Origin: Myxococcales bacterium
Lineage (GTDB): Bacteria; Myxococcota_A; Polyangia; Polyangiales; Polyangiaceae
Assembly: GCA_043747615.1 (NCBI GenBank)
Contig: JAYTOU010000042.1
Coordinates: forward strand, 1-64,000
DNA length: 64,000 bases
Direction: 5' to 3'
How positions within the stretch are numbered: position 1 is the first letter of the stretch; every line of letters begins with the position of its first letter. The position numbers and the translations under genes were made by a program. A model generated the notes under the pieces. That model ran no database searches and had not been told where the DNA came from. It saw only the letters and a list, made by a program, of their open reading frames with translations. Below, in pieces: positions 59,792-64,000 of the stretch.

Positions 59792-59899
59792 ATTCGGCCG
59801 CGGGGTGTTACCACGGTATCTCTTCGGACGGGCGATGGACTAACATGACGACGAGGCTCTGATGCCTCAGGGGCACACCGAGTCTCTCCTCTCAACCAA

Positions 59900-61063
59900 A
59901 TGGCATCGCTCAATCCGCTGACGCGCGAGTTGGTCTTCAAGGTGGTCTTCTACGGACCGGGCCTTGGTGGTAAGACCACCACACTCCAGCACCTCCACGG
60001 CGCTACGAAACCGGAGAACCGCGGCAACCTCGTGTCGCTGGCGACGCCAACGGATCGCACGCTCTACTTCGATTTCCTGCCGATCCGCGTGCCTCGAGTC
60101 CGGAACATGAACGTCCGGCTGCAGCTTTTCACGGTGCCCGGGCAAGTCTATTTCGGCGCCACGCGAAAGCTGGTCCTCACGGGGGCGGACGGAATCGTCT
60201 TCGTGGCCGATTCGCAGCCGGAGCGGCAGGACGCAAACCAGGAGTCCCTCGAGGACTTGAATGCGAACCTCGCGGAGCACGCGCGATCCCTCTCGGACAC
60301 GCCCCACATTTTTCAGTGGAACAAGCGCGATCTCCCCGAGGTTTTGCCGACCGCCGAGCTCGATCGGCGCTTCAATCTGTTCGGGGTCACGGCGGTGGAG
60401 ACGATCGCTTCTCGCGGAGACGGCGTCTTCGAGTCCCTCGAGCAGATTACGAAGGCGGTCATCAACGCGTACCGGGCGGAGATGCCGAAAGGGGGGCGTG
60501 AGCTTGCAACCTTCCTTGAAGCCTCCGACGAGGGCCTGACCGACGCCATCCGTGGGCTCACCGAGACGCCGACCGCCGCTGCAAATGACGAAGCCAGCGC
60601 CGACGATGCACCGCCAACGAAGATCCTCGGCTCGTCACCCGGCGCGGCCTTACAACGAGCCTCGCAGCGCGATCCCACGCCGCCCCCCGCGAAAGCGATG
60701 CCAGAGCCCGTTCCGGAAGAGATGAAGCTTTTCTCGTTTGCGGAGCTCTGGGGCGAAGGAGATCGAGATGGGATCCGAAAGGCCGAAGCGCTCCTCGGCG
60801 CACGCGACGCCACAGGCGCGGTCCTCGCGTGCGATCTCCTTCTCGCGCGTATTCTCGCGTCGGCGGCCTCCCTCACCGGGTCCCTCGACGCTCCCCGCGA
60901 TCCCGGGCTGGTGTGCCTCCTGATCGGGCTCGACGGGCGTCGCTACCTTCGGTTCCGGACCGTGGTCCGCGCCGCACGTCAGGACGAAGAGATCACTCTT
61001 CGCTCCGCCACCGATTGCCTCCTCTTCGTTCTCGAAGCGCGCCGCCTGAAAGACGGTATTTGA
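59900..61063 (+). CDS. MglA-family small GTPase with an extra C-terminal domain
   Basis: YGPGLGGKTT, DRTLYFDFLP, TVPGQ, NKRD; about 195 aa extension. Confidence 0.9.
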   Translation: MASLNPLTRELVFKVVFYGPGLGGKTTTLQHLHGATKPENRGNLVSLATPTDRTLYFDFLPIRVPRVRNMNVRLQLFTVPGQVYFGATRKLVLTGADGIVFVADSQPERQDANQESLEDLNANLAEHARSLSDTPHIFQWNKRDLPEVLPTAELDRRFNLFGVTAVETIASRGDGVFESLEQITKAVINAYRAEMPKGGRELATFLEASDEGLTDAIRGLTETPTAAANDEASADDAPPTKILGSSPGAALQRASQRDPTPPPAKAMPEPVPEEMKLFSFAELWGEGDRDGIRKAEALLGARDATGAVLACDLLLARILASAASLTGSLDAPRDPGLVCLLIGLDGRRYLRFRTVVRAARQDEEITLRSATDCLLFVLEARRLKDGI

Positions 61064-61140
61064 AGAAATTTGAAGGATCAGTAGTTTGAGCGATTGCCTC
61101 GCGGGCTGCGGTTCGATGCCTGAATAAGAGACCGGCTCGC

Positions 61141-62715
61141 CTAGAAAAGCGAGCCGATGCGCTGGACGATCCCGGTGCCGCCGAAGAGAGCGCGCACGCC
61201 CCGCATCATCCAGTGAAAGCTCTTTGCGGAGTACGGGAACCAGAGCGGATCCCGTGATGGCGGGGCGAACCGGTCGTAGTTGACGTGGCGAATGGAGGCC
61301 ATGTCACGAAGAGCGTCGTCGCCGTGGACGCGTCCGAAGCCGGAATTTTTGATGCCTCCGAACGGGGTGTCGATCGCCGCGTAGTTGATGAGCACGTCGT
61401 TCACGACGACGCTGCCGGCCTCGATCCGTTCGGCGATGCGGATGCCTCTGTCGCGATCCTTCGTGAACACGTAGCCGTTCAGGCCGAGGTGCGACGCATT
61501 CGAAAGAGCGATCGCCTCCTCTTCCGAGTCCACCTTTTGGATCGGAACGATGGGCCCGAAAATTTCCTCGTTCATCACCGTCATCTCGGCGCTGCAGCGG
61601 GCAAGGACCGTCGGTTCGAAGAACTGCCCGGGGCCCTGTTTTCGATGCCCGCCAGCGACGAGCTCCGCGCCTTTCTTGAGCGCGTCGTCGATGTGCGCCT
61701 CGGCCACTTCGATCTGCTTCGGGAAAATGATGGCTCCGACGTCGACGTAGTCCTTCGATGGATCGCCTTGTTTCAGCTCCGAGACGAGCGTTCGCACGCG
61801 CGCGACCAACGGGTCGTAGACGTCCTTGTGAGCGTAGACGCGTTCGACCGAGATGCAGGCCTGACCGGAGTTGCTGAAGCCGCCAAAGACGATCGCGCGC
61901 GCGGTGCGCTCGAGATCCGCGTCGGCGCAGGCGATGAGCGGCGCTTTTCCTCCGAGCTCCATCACACACGGAATCAAGCGCGCCCCGCAAGCGGCGGCGA
62001 CCCGTTTTCCGGTGTGCACTGCGCCCGTGAAGATGACCTTCTGGACGTCGCTTTCGATCAGCGCTGCTCCCGCCGGTCCGAAGCCGACGATGACCCCGAA
62101 GAGATCCTCCGGGAGACCGGTCGCGTCGTAGATCTCTTTGGCCTTGAGCATGGTGAGCGACGTGACCTCGCTCGGCTTCACGACAACGGCGCTCCCGGTG
62201 ACCAGCGCCGCCAGCACGCTCCCCATCGGAATCGAGAAGGGATAGTTCCACGGTGAGATGACGCCGACGACACCGCGCGGCGCGAAGTGTACGTAGCTCT
62301 TCTTGTGCTTGAGGAGATGGAGCGGGATCTGCTGCGGAGCAAGAATCTTCGCAGCGTTCTTGCAGTAGTACGTCGCGAGGTCCGCGGTGAGCATGACCTC
62401 GTGGGCGAGCGCTTCGTGGCGCGGCTTGCCGCATTCCTTCGTGATGATCTCCACGATCTCGTCGGCGCGATCGACGATCGCATCTCGGAAGCGAAGCAGA
62501 CGCTCACACCGCTCTTCGACCGGCAGGACCCCCCAGGCGGCCTGCGCTTTGTGGGCGCGCGCGACGATGGCGGTGATCTCCGCCGGAGCGGTGACCTTGA
62601 TCTCGCGAAGAAGCTCGCCGCTCGCGGGTGCGTAGCTGCGAATGGTGTCTTCGGAGGGCTTGCCGGCCGCGTTTCGGTTGGTCGCGTCGCCTTTTTCGTA
62701 CGCTACGAATCCCAT
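61141..62715 (-). CDS. Aldehyde dehydrogenase
   Basis: SPWNYP, KPSE, FTG, MELGGK, GQACISVER, EEIFGP. Confidence 0.95.
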   Translation of the reverse strand: MGFVAYEKGDATNRNAAGKPSEDTIRSYAPASGELLREIKVTAPAEITAIVARAHKAQAAWGVLPVEERCERLLRFRDAIVDRADEIVEIITKECGKPRHEALAHEVMLTADLATYYCKNAAKILAPQQIPLHLLKHKKSYVHFAPRGVVGVISPWNYPFSIPMGSVLAALVTGSAVVVKPSEVTSLTMLKAKEIYDATGLPEDLFGVIVGFGPAGAALIESDVQKVIFTGAVHTGKRVAAACGARLIPCVMELGGKAPLIACADADLERTARAIVFGGFSNSGQACISVERVYAHKDVYDPLVARVRTLVSELKQGDPSKDYVDVGAIIFPKQIEVAEAHIDDALKKGAELVAGGHRKQGPGQFFEPTVLARCSAEMTVMNEEIFGPIVPIQKVDSEEEAIALSNASHLGLNGYVFTKDRDRGIRIAERIEAGSVVVNDVLINYAAIDTPFGGIKNSGFGRVHGDDALRDMASIRHVNYDRFAPPSRDPLWFPYSAKSFHWMMRGVRALFGGTGIVQRIGSLF

Positions 62716-62716
62716 G

Positions 62717-63103
62717 TCATGCCTTTCTTTCGATGAGCTCGACCTTGTAGCCCGACGGATCCTCGATGAAGGCGATCACGGTTGTCCCGTGCTTCATTGG
62801 ACCGGGCTCGCGGGTGACCTTTGCCCCCGCCGCTCGCGCGCGCTCCACCGTCGCGTGGATGTCTTCAGTTCCGATGGCGACGTGGCCGTAGCCGTCACCG
62901 ATCACGTACGAAGAGGTGTCCCAGTTGTGGGTGAGCTCGATCACCGCGCCCTTGCTCTCGTCCTCGTAGCCGACGAAGCACAGCGTGAATTTGCCGCCGG
63001 GGTAGTCGGTCTCGCGGAGCACTTTCATCCCGAGGACCTCGCAATAAAACTGCTTCGACGCACCGAGGTTCCCAACACGTAGCATCGTATGGAGCAGCCG
63101 CAT
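62717..63103 (-). CDS. gloA: Lactoylglutathione lyase (glyoxalase I)
   Basis: MRLLHTMLRVG, IELTHNWD, GYGHVAI, DPSGYKVELI; ATG 63103. Confidence 0.95.
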   Translation of the reverse strand: MRLLHTMLRVGNLGASKQFYCEVLGMKVLRETDYPGGKFTLCFVGYEDESKGAVIELTHNWDTSSYVIGDGYGHVAIGTEDIHATVERARAAGAKVTREPGPMKHGTTVIAFIEDPSGYKVELIERKA

Positions 63104-63116
63104 GAGCCCACGATAG

Positions 63117-64000
63117 TCAGTCCCTCCGGCGCGGCGCAATGGCCGGCCAGGCGATCCACGCAGCGGCTCCGGGTACGACGAGCGCGGCGAGGGCAAGCAG
63201 AACCTGATCGTACGTATGGGTGCGGTCGACGACCGTGCCGAGGATCGGGCTCGCGACCACGTACGCGGCAGATTGTGCAGCCGCGGTGAGCCCGCCTGCG
63301 CGCGAAACCCGAGACGGATCGATGCGCGAGAGCATGTCCCCCGTAAGAAGGGCGAAGAGCGCCCCACCGCCGGCCATGGCGGCTGAGGCCACCAGGGTCG
63401 CTTCGAACGCGTCAGCGGCGAGTGGCAAGCAGGCCAGTGTCGCCGCGAGCATCGCCGCGAAGGCGACGAAATCCGCATGCGAGCCCACGGATCCGTTTCT
63501 CTCTCTCCGGCTCGCTGCCACGCCGAACGCGACCGCGCCGACATCAAAGAAGAGGGGAGGGCACCACGCATAACGTCCGAGGTCGTCCTGCACGAGCCCG
63601 TGGGCGTCGACGAGGTACTGCGGAAACCAGTTCAGGACGAACATGATCCCGGGCGCGGACGCGACGACCAGAATGACCGCGCGAATTACCGCCCCCTGCC
63701 GCCCGAGCTCGGAAAGTGTGGTCGCCGCCTCTCGAAAAAACTTCGGGTGTGCCGTTTCGGGCAGGCGAGGGGCAAGCTCCGCGGTTGCGCCGCGTGTGGC
63801 GAGCAACCAGCACGGGATCCAAAGGAGTCCGATGAGCGCCGTCCCCACGAACGCAAACCGCCAACCAAAGTGCTTATTGAGAGCGACCGCCGCCGGAGCC
63901 GCGATCATCGCCCCGATCGAGCTGCCGGTGAAAAGAAGTCCGACCCCCGCGGAGCGATCACCTTCGGGAAGCGCGCGCTTCACCGCCTGCACCGCGCCGG
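63117..64000 (-). CDS. MFS transporter (5' end outside the window)
   Basis: Multiple TM helices; GSSIGAMIA, FGWRFAF. Confidence 0.85.
   Translation of the reverse strand, partial: GAVQAVKRALPEGDRSAGVGLLFTGSSIGAMIAAPAAVALNKHFGWRFAFVGTALIGLLWIPCWLLATRGATAELAPRLPETAHPKFFREAATTLSELGRQGAVIRAVILVVASAPGIMFVLNWFPQYLVDAHGLVQDDLGRYAWCPPLFFDVGAVAFGVAASRRERNGSVGSHADFVAFAAMLAATLACLPLAADAFEATLVASAAMAGGGALFALLTGDMLSRIDPSRVSRAGGLTAAAQSAAYVVASPILGTVVDRTHTYDQVLLALAALVVPGAAAWIAWPAIAPRRRD

Overview
GC-rich, gene-dense chromosomal segment of a myxobacterium. The Ser/Thr kinase + TPR/PEGA pair, MYXO-CTERM-like tail, MglA-family GTPase, giant TPR proteins and many Cys-rich lipoproteins suggest Myxococcota, probably Polyangiales (inference, not a database result). 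About 55 genes, mostly housekeeping (sucA, thiS, plsC, cls, rlpA, miaB, fadD-like, mscS, ribA, nitrilase, DegT, rimK, lysC, typA, atpD-atpC, dnaG, gloA, ALDH, UDP-sugar dehydrogenase, CpsB phosphatase) plus lineage-specific hypotheticals. I saw no rRNA, tRNA, CRISPR array, transposase or integrase. Most notable: (1) an anti-sigma-less ECF sigma gene with a sigma54 -24/-12 promoter and a symmetric seven-copy GTTAC/GTAAC array upstream, ahead of a coupled OB-fold lipoprotein / pseudo-M16 lipoprotein / cardiolipin synthase / acyltransferase run; (2) an isolated atpD-atpC pair with an extended epsilon, coupled to a His-less parvulin and followed by two coupled giant TPR proteins that each end in a degenerate M48-like domain; (3) an orphan, extended MglA-like GTPase; (4) two pseudogenes with internal deletions flanking an intact thiS; (5) a lipoprotein whose signal peptide starts at ATC, a sigma54-driven 45-aa ORF before rimK, and a structured typA upstream region. 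All calls are from motif recognition by eye; no searches were run.
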